A stretch of DNA of 63,560 nucleotides, filler included, from Octopus bimaculoides (taxonomy: Eukaryota): NCBI RefSeq assembly GCF_001194135.2. It is 8 parts of 7 records of this genome, joined end to end, with 100 filler letters (N's around TTAATTAATTAA, not from the genome) between each part and the next. Parts side by side here need not be neighbours in the genome. Positions count along the whole stretch, not along the records: positions 44,705 to 51,081 come from NC_068985.1; positions 51,182 to 55,460 come from NC_069007.1; positions 55,561 to 63,560 come from NC_069002.1; 5 more parts are not named here. One strand, written 5' to 3'. A model generated the notes under the pieces. It made no database searches and was not told the DNA's origin. It saw nothing but the letters and a program-made list of their open reading frames with translations. Shown here piece by piece: positions 51,056-63,560 of this stretch. A program made the translations under genes and the position numbers. Position 1 is the first letter of the stretch; the number at the start of each line of letters is the position of its first letter.

Positions 51056-51390
51056 CAGCAGATGACAACGTTTCTCTAAAANNNNNNNNNNNNNNNNNNN
51101 NNNNNNNNNNNNNNNNNNNNNNNNNTTAATTAATTAANNNNNNNNNNNNNNNNNNNNNNNNNNNNNNNNNNNNNNNNNNNNCTTTCACTCTTTTTACTTC
51201 AACTTTCATTATTGTTTACCATCAGCAGTGGTGATGGTGGTGGTCGTAATGTTTGAATGTGGTAGCGGTTATATGCGACTTGCTGAATCATCTGTTGGCA
51301 AACCTCATGTTCTTTCATGAGATTTCTCCTTCTTTGGAGTCGCTGTTTCAAGATCACACTCACATGCCCACACACACATAAATACACACG

Positions 51391-51431
<41 letters not shown>

Positions 51432-52065
51432 GTATTTGTATATATATTTGTATGAGTGTGTGTGTACACAACTGCACCAAGAAACGAAATCATAGTACGT
51501 CATGTGAAGTGTATATTTCTGTAGTTGAGCAGCTACGGACGCCCACGATCATTACTCCGAGTTTCATTGACACACAGACACGTGTTTAATCTTTCAGACA
51601 ACCCACTTCCTCTGCTTGTCTGAAAGATTTGGCACGTGTTTGCATGTGACAACTGCCTAACTACGTATATTCGTAAATGAATGTGTGTGTATGTGTGTTT
51701 ATATGTGTGTACGTACGTACGTATCTATGTATGTATACATGTACGGACGTAAGTATGTATGTGTGGATGTGTGTTTTGCTACTGTTTTTAAGTATTCAAA
51801 TGTTTCCATTGAAGAAGAGCTGGTTTCTGACAAAGATACGAAACTCCGTCTTTGGAATGTAGGTAGCGAAAGCAATGTTACACTTTAAACCTGAGAAAAG
51901 TCTTGCATAATTTTACTGTTCCACTTACAGATTCTATTTGTAATGTGCGAATGATTGTAATGTGCGAATCAGATAACTGAAGAGATGGCGGCGTGGCTTT
52001 CCTCCCCGACATCCGAAACTCGGAGTTTTATTATGGCTACCGAATAATTGTCACATATTATTTAC

Positions 52066-52100
<35 letters not shown>

Positions 52101-52996
52101 CACAGGACGCCACCAACAGTAAACAATATGAAATATGGAAATAAATGAGTTAAATACGTAAGCAATGAGAGAAAAAATGGAAACAAGACAAGCAACACAA
52201 AGAACGACCCTTCATCAGTATGCATGTATGTATTATGTATGTATGCATGCATGCATGTATGTATGTATGTATGTATGTATGTATGTATGTATGTATGTTT
52301 GCATGTATGCTTTTGACCTGCCAAGATAGTCATGGAAGTGCTTAATAACAGTTAATCATCATTGATCGGTTGGATTGCTGTAACTTAGCTAAATAGAGCA
52401 TCTTTCACTTTGTTCACTTCTACACACATACACGCTTGTACACACGCACACATACAGAAACACACACGCACACGCACACATACACACATACATACATACA
52501 TACGTACGTGTGTGTGTCTGTGTGTATGTATGTGTGTGTGTGTGTGTAAATATAAATTCTTTGACTAAGATTTGCAAAGCAAATAGTTTGACAGACACAC
52601 ATATTATCTGATTGCTCGGATCTTCCAAAACCAAGCTGTGAGTCATTCAAGTGACGAGAGAATTGTTTTTATATCTGAGAAATGCAGGTCCACCAAAACC
52701 ATGACCACGGTCGTCCAGTCACATTTGCCCCACCATACTGACAAATATAATCGTTTATCTACAACTACATTGCATATTATGTCATTTTGTATGGGAGATT
52801 TGGCTACTATTTCTAAAAGGACAAATTTGTGCATGGATATTCAAAGGAACTCATCACAAATTTATGTATCATACTTGCACGGTTGACATAGTAAGGTATC
52901 TACAACGGTTCCCATCTAAAAAAAGAAAAAGGAATGACAAAACTAACACTTGATAATGTTGTACTTCTCAGTAGTGCATGGTTTGCATTGATTTAC

Positions 52997-53033
<37 letters not shown>

Positions 53034-53290
53034 TGAAACAAAAACGCAATAAAGGGCATTAAAACGTTCGGACAGATTGACGATACAAAGGCGGGCAAGA
53101 AAAACAACAATGAGAAAGAAGGACAGGCAAAAAAAGACAAGTCATTCTTGGCTTTCTTTCATCAGTCAAGTCCCAGAAGTCACGACCATTTCGGGCAGTT
53201 ACATTCGATCTCGTTGCCCTTAAAAAAGTCTAAGCTAAGATCATTAGATCCGTTTGTAAGAAAGCAAGCGAATGTGTACAGCAACAAATA

Positions 53291-54196
53291 TAGGTTGCAG
53301 CAAAATGATCTAACACATTTGTAGATTTAATAGAAGTGAAATAGAGTAAAGACCAAAAAAATGTGTTTTTATTTTCGAAAAGTACATATAATGCCATTTT
53401 GTTTCAATTGCTGTCATTTGTGACATTTTGTTTCAATTTGTTTTCAGTTGCCAACATGTATTGGACGGGCAAGCATCACGCTTTCGTTGTGGAAACGTTT
53501 ATCAAGAACAATGAATCCGCAACTGCAACACGAAGAGCGTTCTGTGTGCACTCCAGGTTTGGTAGACATGATCCCGTATCTACTCGAAATTCTGCGGGAG
53601 CAGAATTCGGTATTTGGGGGCCGTACTTCTTCGGAGAAGACAATGTTACAGCAACTGTGAACTCTGATCGATATTGTGCGATGCTGGAGACTATTCTGGA
53701 ACCCAAATTGAATGAACTTGATAGGGACAATGTTTGGTTTCAACAGGATGGGGCAGCAGCCCACACTTCTCGATGTGCGATGGGGATTTTGAAGGAGATT
53801 CCCCTCCGCTCACTTGATCTCATTGCGCGGTGACATCGGTTAGCCCACCCGATCACCTAATTTCAACCCGTGCGATTTTTTTCTGTGGGGTTACCTGAAA
53901 TCAGGAGAATACACTCATCGCCCTCGAGTTATTGAACAATTTATAGATGTCATTCGTCAAGAAATTGCTGCCATTCCACATGAAATGACCCGCCGAGTTA
54001 CAGACAACTTTCGTGAACGCCTTCGCCACTGTATGGACAATAAAGGCACCCACTTAACTGATTAAATTTTAAAAACCGAATGAAACAAAATGGCATTGTA
54101 TGTATATTTCGAAAACAAAAAACAGATTATTCGTTCTTTACTCTATTTCGCTTTTATTAAACCTACAAATATGTCAGATCGTTTTGCTGCACCCTG
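53291..54196 (+). mobile_element. Internally deleted Tc1/mariner element, DD41D/rosa-like, with long TIRs
   Basis: TA flanks; about 117-bp imperfect TIRs (53291-53407 and 54080-54196); GPYFF, VNSDRY, WFQQDGAAAHT, SPNFNPCDFFLWGYLK. Confidence 0.88.
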
Positions 54197-54225
54197 TATA
54201 TATATATATTACTATATATATATAC

Positions 54226-54257
<32 letters not shown>

Positions 54258-54825
54258 ATGTATGCATGTATGTATGTATGTATGCATGTATGTATGCATG
54301 TATGTATGTTTGTATGTACGTATATGTATATGTATATATGTATTAATAACAGAGAGAAAGAGACAGGGAGAATGAGGGAGAGAGAGAAAGAGAGAGAATA
54401 AATTTCATTGTGATAGAGTTACAACACCCATTTAAAAGACCGACAGACAAACCACATTGAAAAAGTGCATCAGTAACAAATTGGCTGATAAAAAAAAAAC
54501 TGAAATAAAATTGGGACTTAATACTCATTATTTTATATAAAATAAATCTCCCTGATGCAGAATATAAGAAACTGTAACGTTATATGTAAGTTAGAAATGA
54601 ATGCGACGGCTGACAATGGAAGGGGTAGCTTTGGTTCGAACACACAATACCAGCTCACTTCTGGTAATTAAGTACAGATTACTATGGTAAAAATGTGTGC
54701 TTGTGTGTGTGTGTGTGTGCGTGTGTGTGTGTGTGCGCGCGCGCGTGTACATGTGAGTGCTTGTGAGTAAATATATATGTATATCTGTGTGTGTATATAT
54801 GCATGTATGTATATGTGTTTGTATG

Positions 54826-54864
<39 letters not shown>

Positions 54865-54975
54865 ATGCATAAATTACACATATGGATGAATATATACATG
54901 TATAATACAAACATATATATATATTATATGTGTATATACATGTGTGTGTGTATGTATATTCATATCTATCTATTA

Positions 54976-55006
<31 letters not shown>

Positions 55007-55574
55007 CATACATACATACATGCGTATATATATGTATACATATACACAATTGTGCATATTCTTATACATGTAGATGTTCGCAGTTACACATGCTCACACA
55101 CATACACACATATGCATGCATACACGCACACATATGTGAGTATACAAACGAACACACATTGATACACGCGCACACACACACACACACATATATATATACA
55201 TACATACATACATACATACATACACACACATTTGCATACACGTACACGCTCACATAAATCACATGAAGAAGACTATGATTGTGCCGTGGAGTCAACTAAA
55301 ATCTACACCATTAATTTGTTCGTCGTATCATATATCACATTGTAAAGCTGCCGCTTGGTGGCGGGGTGGTCGACCTATTCTGTATGATTGCCTGTAGACG
55401 TCGGGGTTGGGAGGGGGGGTCATACCCGTCGAGGTCAAATCTATTTTAAAGTTTGTAAAANNNNNNNNNNNNNNNNNNNNNNNNNNNNNNNNNNNNNNNN
55501 NNNNTTAATTAATTAANNNNNNNNNNNNNNNNNNNNNNNNNNNNNNNNNNNNNNNNNNNNATATATATATATAT

Positions 55575-55920
55575 ATATACTGGAAAGTTTTTCAGATTTT
55601 AACAGTTCCAGTGCTGGATTGGATGTGGAGTCTTCGAATTAGCTTTCTTCTTTCTAGTTTTGAGAAGCCTAATTTCTCAAGATTGCTATTTAAGCAGTTT
55701 GTCACATATATCAGGGCCCCAATAATTACAGGTATAAACCTGAACTTGTAATCTGGATAGAGTAACTGCAGATTCATTCCTCAATAGTTCTGCATAGGTG
55801 TTCCCTTTTTCACTGATCTTCGGCTTTACGATAACAACTGTTGGGTAGCTGATTTCGACAACTGTGCACAGTTACTATTTCTATCCCAAATCATCCCAAA
55901 TCTATGTATGTATTATGGAT
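55575..55920 (-). mobile_element. R4/Dong-like non-LTR element, C-terminal restriction-like endonuclease remnant
   Basis: NLQLLYPDYKFRFIPVIIGAL...LEKLG...GTVKI resembles RLE-clade C-termini. Confidence 0.6.
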
Positions 55921-57435
55921 GAATTGATGGATGGATGACTATTACATATGATATAATGTCGGTAGTCGATCATTTCAGTACCATTTGTGGATTATGGAAT
56001 GTTACTCGATAAAGCCAAGGGTGGTGAAACTAATAGTTGTAGGATAATAAATGACTAATTTTTATATAAATAACGATAAGACGACTGGGAAAATATTTAG
56101 CTTCTAATTTTGCAAATAACCAAACAAATTAGAAGCAATTAGTATTAAAATCAACATGAAATTCAACTCGAAACAAAAGTGATAGAAAACACGCTTAAGT
56201 TTGTATTTACTGCATATTTAAATGGTTATTTTCCTCTACTGAGTGTTTATGTCCTGATCTTTGATAACCTCGATTACTTCAATATGTTAATGAGATGCCA
56301 ACAAATGTAGTCGTTACCCTGACATCACAACCAAGTTAGTGACCAATAAACACATGCTATTCAACATTCAGGAGCAGTAATTATGTATTGATAACAATCT
56401 ATATAATTATATATAACAAATATAATTATGTGCTTCATAAATATGGTTGATTACATTGATAATATCGATATCAATTATGTTAATGATTAATTACAATTTT
56501 CAGTTATTTGGAACTGAAGAAGACGGTGGAATGTGGTATTAAATACTTTTTACCAATTCTTCTCCAATGTCACACACTTAACAGTTCGAGGAAGTCAACT
56601 CCGTTTTGAATTTTTTTCTAAATTTTAGTCCAACACATAAATAAAACTGCATTTTGTGTGATGTATCACTGTGCGTGTATATATATAAATACACATACGC
56701 AATACACACACACACGCACACAAACACGTACATATATTTGTCTGTATATATACAAGACGGGCTTCTTTCAGTTTCCGTCCCCCAAATTCACTCACAAGGC
56801 TTTGATCGGCCCGAGGCTATAGTTGGAAACACATGGCCACGCTCTCACGCAGTGCGACTGAACCCGAAACCATGTAGCTGTGTATGTATATTATATAACA
56901 AATGCAGCTTGGAAGGTAGATGTTAGCCATTCAAGATCGCACGAAGATTGCTAACTTCACTTAAGTTGTAATATTTATTAGTGACCACATCGTGGTTCGT
57001 GAGATGAAATGTTTGCATTCAAATAACAACGAAAAATGTTTAAGCGAAGTTAGTTGACTTCATGCGTTTTTATATGGTTACTATGTGGCTTCATTAAACG
57101 TTTTAGTTTCAATACTCGATCTCAGATCAAATCACTTGCTTTGCCTGTACACCTCTGAAACAGATGTGTGGAAAAAGTTGTGGATTTATTTATTGGATAT
57201 GCCCCTTTTAGAAAAGTAACAATTTGTATTGTTCAGATGTTACTGGAAGTTAACGATCTTATCCTAGTATAGCTGTAAAAGATAAACACTTTGTTATCCT
57301 ATTTCTAAAAGACCTTTACGAAAATACGGAATAAATGTCACAGAATTCAGAACGCAGTCCTGTATTTACAATTACTTTGAAAGAAAATGTGTTTGTATTT
57401 ATGTGTGTATGTATATACGTATATAATTATATATA

Positions 57436-57900
57436 CAGTGTGGGTGGAAAGTAACTAGGCATTAGAAATTGCTTGTAGATTTTTAGTGTCAATGAAGTGA
57501 TGATGAAAACATGTTTTAAACAGACAACACTAATGGGGATTTCTTATTGTCTTATAGTTGTATTTCTTATTTAAACACTACGTCCAGACACAATAAAACA
57601 TTGTCATGCAAAGCTGATAACCACGGATTCTGAACGATACAAGACGAAGTGGCCGTCCAACCACATCTCGATCAGCAGAGAACGTGGCAGCTGTGCAGGA
57701 AATGTTTAATTGCAGCCCGCAAAAATCAACACGTCAAGCAGCCCGTGAAAATGGACTAACAAGACACACGGTGTTGCATAATGAATCGAATTTTCGTCCG
57801 TGGAAACTCCATTACGTGCAGAAGTTAAAGCCTGAAAACTGTGATATTCGGCATGTAAACACCATTATCGGTGAAGAACTTATTTAAAAGTTCTTATACA
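57436..57900 (+). mobile_element. Tc1/mariner transposase N-terminal remnant
   Basis: ta|cagtgtggg start; SGRPTTSRSAENVAAVQEMFNCSPQKSTRQAARE...RPWKLHYVQKLKP. Confidence 0.75.
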
Positions 57901-58518
57901 TTTATAAACATAATTAAGGGATCAGCAACAGTTGCTTCAACAGGGCTTGGTAAAAATTATTAATTATTGATTTATTAATAAATTAATAAATTGATAATCC
58001 TTTACCCTTTTAATTGTAATAATTATTCACTCCCTGATAGTAAACCGCAGATTTTCTGCGGTATTGCCTGAGACGCACATGGTAATTCTTGAGGAGGGAT
58101 GNNNNNNNNNNNNNNNNNNNNNNNNNNNNNNNNNNNNNNNNNNNNNNNNNNNNNNNNNNNNNNNNNNNNNNNNNNNNNNNNNNNNNNNNNNNNNNNNNNN
58201 NNNNNNNNNNNNNNNNNNNNNNNNNNNNNNNNNNNNNNNNNNNNNNNNNNNNNNNNNNNNNNNNNNNNNNNNNNNNNNNNNNNNNNNNNNNNNNNNNNNN
58301 NNNNNNNNNNNNNNNNNNNNNNNNNNNNNNNNNNNNNNNNNNNNNNNNNNNNNNNNNNNNNNNNNNNNNNNNNNNNNNNNNNNNNNNNNNNNNNNNNNNN
58401 NNNNNNNNNNNNNNNNNNNNNNNNNNNNNNNNNNNNNNNNNNNNNNNNNNNNNNNNNNNNNNNNNNNNNNNNNNNNNNNNNNNNNNNNNNNNNNNNNNNN
58501 NNNNNNNNNNNNNNNNNN

Positions 58519-58567
<49 letters not shown>

Positions 58568-60069
58568 ATGAAAAATATTTGAATACCAATGTATTAATTT
58601 CCAGCAAAAAATAGCCCTATAAGGGTATATATATTAATACATTGGTATTCAAATATTTTTCATTGATAACTTCTTCACTGTTCTCAGTTCTGTTAACGGC
58701 TGGGAGTTCGGGCGAGTATACTTGGCATTGATGTGGCAACATTTGAAATATTGTCGAGGTAAATGCAGCTGATGAGGACTTATCAGATTTACGTTGTGAA
58801 GCGTATTTGAAGAGTCTGAAACCTGGGTACTGCATTATCCTTAATCTGGGTTGTCCATTTTCGAATGTTCTTCCTAAGATAAGACAAGATTTTCATGTTT
58901 GTTGCACACACACATTTTTTTGCCAGTATATACGCAGTGAAGCTATACAATAGCGTCGTATTTATATCGATTGTTATTGTCCAGTAAATATCGGGGCCTT
59001 GTTGTACCACTCTTCTGAATTTATATATATATATAAAATACCTGGTTGTAAGATCTCAAGAGAAGATAGAGTAATCACTATACTAAACAGTAATGTCAGT
59101 CGTCGCAAAGTGGCTGTTGAAAGTTACTATTAGTTTAACCTTAGGCAGATTCTCCGTCAGTTGGTTATCGGTACGACTCTGCATGCTTTATATACAATAT
59201 ATTATTAGTAGGGTGAGGGAACCCCAACCACCCTCTAGCAGGCAACAGGATCGCGAGACTGACTCAATTTCGAGCAATTTGGTCTATCCTCAGTTGCGAG
59301 CACGTGCATGCCAGAGCGATATATATATATATATATATATATATANNNNNNNNNNNNNNNNNNNNNNNNNNNNNNNNNNNNNNNNNNNNNNNNNNNNNNN
59401 NNNNNNNNNNNNNNNNNNNNNNNNNNNNNNNNNNNNNNNNNNNNNNNNNNNNNNNNNNNNNNNNNNNNNNNNNNNNNNNNNNNNNNNNNNNNNNNNNNNN
59501 NNNNNNNNNNNNNNNNNNNNNNNNNNNNNNNNNNNNNNNNNNNNNNNNNNNNNNNNNNNNNNNNNNNNNNNNNNNNNNNNNNNNNNNNNNNNNNNNNNNN
59601 NNNNNNNNNNNNNNNNNNNNNNNNNNNNNNNNNNNNNNNNNNNNNNNNNNNNNNNNNNNNNNNNNNNNNNNNNNNNNNNNNNNNNNNNNNNNNNNNNNNN
59701 NNNNNNNNNNNNNNNNNNNNNNNNNNNNNNNNNNNNNNNNNNNNNNNNNNNNNNNNNNNNNNNNNNNNNNNNNNNNNNNNNNNNNNNNNNNNNNNNNNNN
59801 NNNNNNNNNNNNNNNNNNNNNNNNNNNNNNNNNNNNNNNNNNNNNNNNNNNNNNNNNNNNNNNNNNNNNNNNNNNNNNNNNNNNNNNNNNNNNNNNNNNN
59901 NNNNNNNNNNNNNNNNNNNNNNNNNNNNNNNNNNNNNNNNNNNNNNNNNNNNNNNNNNNNNNNNNNNNNNNNNNNNNNNNNNNNNNNNNNNNNNNNNNNN
60001 NNNNNNNNNNNNNNNNNNNNNNNNNNNNNNNNNNNNNNNTCTCTGTAATTTTGAACTATGCATACATAC

Positions 60070-60131
<62 letters not shown>

Positions 60132-60594
60132 ATATACATACATATATACATATATATATATAATTATATACTTATATACATACATACACGTACACATGCA
60201 TACGTATATATGTATGTGTGTGTGACAGAGAGCACGTGACTAAGAGAGAAAGCGACAGCTACTTTGATCACTCGACTTAATTTCGTTATCAGATCAATTA
60301 AAACAAACTTCAAAACGACACTTCAAATTAACACCACCTGCCTGCAAATAGAAAGAAATTGTTTTAATAACCATTACCATTTACTTTAGTATCGTCACCC
60401 GCGATATCTTGAACGGTAATCAACCAGCGAATTGGTAAGTTTTCATTTCTTGACTTTAGAAATTGATCATTACAACAGGATTTCGCTGTGTTCAACTTCC
60501 TTTAGAACTGTGTTAGCCATTTAAATATAGAATTAAAGAAAGAGGTGTTAATAAACAAGTTTCGTGCAATTGTTTCTTACACGAGGACAAGGCT

Positions 60595-60760
60595 GCAGTT
60601 GGTTACATCGATCATTGCACTTCACTGGTACTTTATTTTATCGACCCTGGAAATATGGCACGCAATGTTGTTCTCGACGGGATTTGAACGAAAAGTGTAG
60701 AGTCGAAACAAATGCTGCAAAGCATTTTGTTCGACGCTCTAACTATTCTGCCAGTCCACT
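60595..60760 (+). mobile_element. Degenerate SINE family B (minus-sense modules); other fragments at 10780-10930, 12120-12200, 13150-13260, 49990-50060
   Basis: ggtactttattttatcgaccc...gggatttgaac...gcattttgttcgacgctctaac. Confidence 0.55.
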
Positions 60761-63330
60761 GTCCTGTAGTTTCGGTGAATTTCGTCAAAATAGTATTTTT
60801 ATTTCATTGTATCCTGCTAATTGGTTACTGTAACATTCCCAATCAGCGCAAGTCCTACTCCCCGCAGTCCACATGTTATAACAAATTTCATGTAAATTTT
60901 CAACACGAAATACCAAAACACGTTAAAAGTGCCAACTGAACTTTATGATTTACTCTTCTTTTCAGTTCTTTATAAAAGATTTGTGAGGAATTTTTAAATC
61001 GATTTAACTATACCACTTTTGTAGCATTACGCCTAATCCAGGTTAACTTTACTATTAATACAAACGTATTCAATCTATTGAAGAAACGGACGAAGATCGG
61101 TTGCCAGATTAATTTCCTAAAACATTGCGCGAAATGCGGTATTATGACTAAGGCAATCTTGAATCCCATAAAATGATTTTGCTCGACTGTCAATAAAAGC
61201 TATAACTTCCATGCACAATTCTATGATTAAAAAGCATCTGCAGCACTTGTATGCGATGTTACATCAATACATTCAAATTAAAAGATTCCACATTTGAAAT
61301 TAGAGCTTGACCAACTTCGCTGCATTTTACTATCGTACTTATTAACTAATGCTTTCACAATCAATTCCATCACAATGTGAATCGCCTCCCAGATAAATTC
61401 CTTTACATTCAAAATGAGCATATCTAAACTGATTCTTGCTACCACACTAACTTTGAACTTACTTTCCGAACCATTACAACCACATAAATTCTGCTACCGT
61501 TGCTGTTCAACCAGTTGCCATAGATCTGATAGTTCTATGTCAATTAACCTGCGCGATTTTATCAGTATAACAATTAATCCTTAGTGCAAAGTTTATCGTA
61601 ATTCAATGATCGAAGAACAAACTGAAACGTGACGTAGAAACTAATGTTTATGAAAGAGGCTGCCATTTAAAATATTTATCAGCTCTGAACTCAAGCTCTA
61701 CATCTACCAAAATTCTTTCCTACCACACAGACAACCCACTTCACACTTTTTGACCAACCAATTTTTAGCTCAGATGTGACTTATCCCAACATCCAAGTAC
61801 AATTCTTTTCAGCTGACACATTAAGGACCAATGTTGGAACCTCCAGCTTCACACCATTAGGCGTCCACAATTTCTCTCTGATGATCATTGAAAATAACAG
61901 ACATCGTGGGGTGGGGTTATATATGGGGTTCATTAGTTATCACAGAAATAGAGCAACTAGAAAGCAGAGTACTTAGAATTTGGTTTTGCTGCGTCTCTGT
62001 CTCCAGATATGTAAACAGAATACAGATAACATTTAGGAGATATGTAGATCACATAGATATCATATATATAAAATGTTATTAACATGGATGTCAGATACAC
62101 ATACTGTGGTCTACTGTGACACTTCACAGTAGACCACAGTATGATTGAATACGTTTGTATTAATACATGGCAGATTCAACATCTTCGACGACCCGATGCA
62201 GTTAGAAATGAAACATCTCAACTGAAGAGCTGACACAATGGTATTTTATGCACAACTCATTTGCCCATCTACATGCGTAATGAAGTCCCGCACTTAAGTA
62301 ATGGAATTTCTATAAAAAGACCAACTACTAATGGGAAAGGCAATGTTTTAGGAAACCTATTCTAATTCCATCCTGATAGTTTGGTACCTAGTGTTGTCCT
62401 TTAGTAAAGCTACGCAGATTCAGGGGATTTCTTCTAAATTCTTTTTACTGCCAAGATCCAAGTAAACTATGTCAAATTCCTTGGCCGTTAATGTGTAATT
62501 TTGTAATTATTTCCTTCCAATTTGGCATGCCTACCTACATAGCCAGACACTCATCATAAGGGACTAAATTAGAATCTACTTCGCCTAGTATCCATAGCCA
62601 AATCAAGCCTTCATAATAGTGATTTTTGTGTCATAACTGTACTTTTAGTACTGCGCATTCGAATACAGAGTTTGAAAATAAGTTTAGAGCCTAGAGATTA
62701 TAATAAGGGGTCTTTTATACCACGAACGCCCTTCTCTGGGTTTCATCTAACATGATCCAGCGACAAGAACAGACCTTAATGATTGGCAACAGTTTCCTTC
62801 TCGCTTTTGCCAAGGCTTTGAACTTTGGAATTTTCCTTCTCCTCGATGGGAATTCTGACTACAGCCAGCAGTCTATCATTCCTAAGTTGGTTTATAACGC
62901 CATTGCTCACCGACTGAAAAATATCTATACCACCACACCGTGTTAATGAATGCTCGTCGACCCTGTGGTGGATTAAAGCACTGCTCCCTTCTACAAGTAC
63001 TGTCTTTCTCTGCGGGGTGTCTAGCAATTCTCCTCACAAGGTTATTTCAACGGGGCTGTCGGTTTCGTCACCGACGACCCGACCACGAATCAGTTTGTAC
63101 TAGAGTACGTTAGCAACATCACTTATTTACGATCTATCTATCTCTCTCTCTCTGACTCCCTCTCACTCTTTCCCTCTCCCTCTCTCTCACCCACCCACCC
63201 GCACACATACAAATACATACATACAAACACACATACAAACACGCACTTATGTGTATGTAGTTTTATGTCTACATAGATAGAGCGACAGCTCAATCCGTCG
63301 ATCGATTGATAGATAGATAGATAGATAGAT

Positions 63331-63396
<66 letters not shown>

Positions 63397-63560
63397 TTAG
63401 ATAGATATGTTTCTTTATTAGCCACACAGGGCTCAACATAGAAGGGACAAAATACAAATGTAGAGTTTTTCTTTTTGAGCGGGGCGAAAACAAAGCAGAA
63501 AAAAAACAAACAAAAGTGGGGACAACGATGAAAGAAAAAACATCGCAAAACGTTTGGGGT

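Overview
Repeat-dense eukaryotic genomic DNA, not prokaryotic. It is AT-rich, full of microsatellites, and has many N gaps, seven of which are 100-bp scaffold joins padded with a TTAATTAATTAA linker. The SINE/LINE content and a HTGE..YHxDICGKSF zinc-finger remnant point to an octopus genome (inference). The one confidently identifiable host gene is CFAP45 (CCDC19) on the + strand: a probable ATG-only first exon at 15499-15501 with an X-box-like site upstream, then five in-phase coding exons at 17846-22037 (about 291 aa). The gene breaks off at a scaffold join and I found no 3' exons in the window. The rest is mostly decayed mobile DNA: three tRNA-headed SINE families, CR1-, RTE-, Tx1-, R4-like and Penelope-like retroelement fragments, Tc1/mariner relics (DD37D/maT, DD41D-like, mariner-like), Helitron-like pieces and a TTAA-flanked foldback MITE. 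The most notable observations are (1) a 59-bp near-perfect hairpin plus a second hairpin inside one short CFAP45 intron, possible ADAR substrates; (2) two SINE families whose 3' tails match two different LINE families in the same window; (3) a PHD-like finger inside an RTE ORF2; and (4) several isolated perfect palindromes. I see no firm evidence of a wholly new biological system; these are leads. All protein identifications come from recalled family motifs, not database searches, and most repeat boundaries are approximate.
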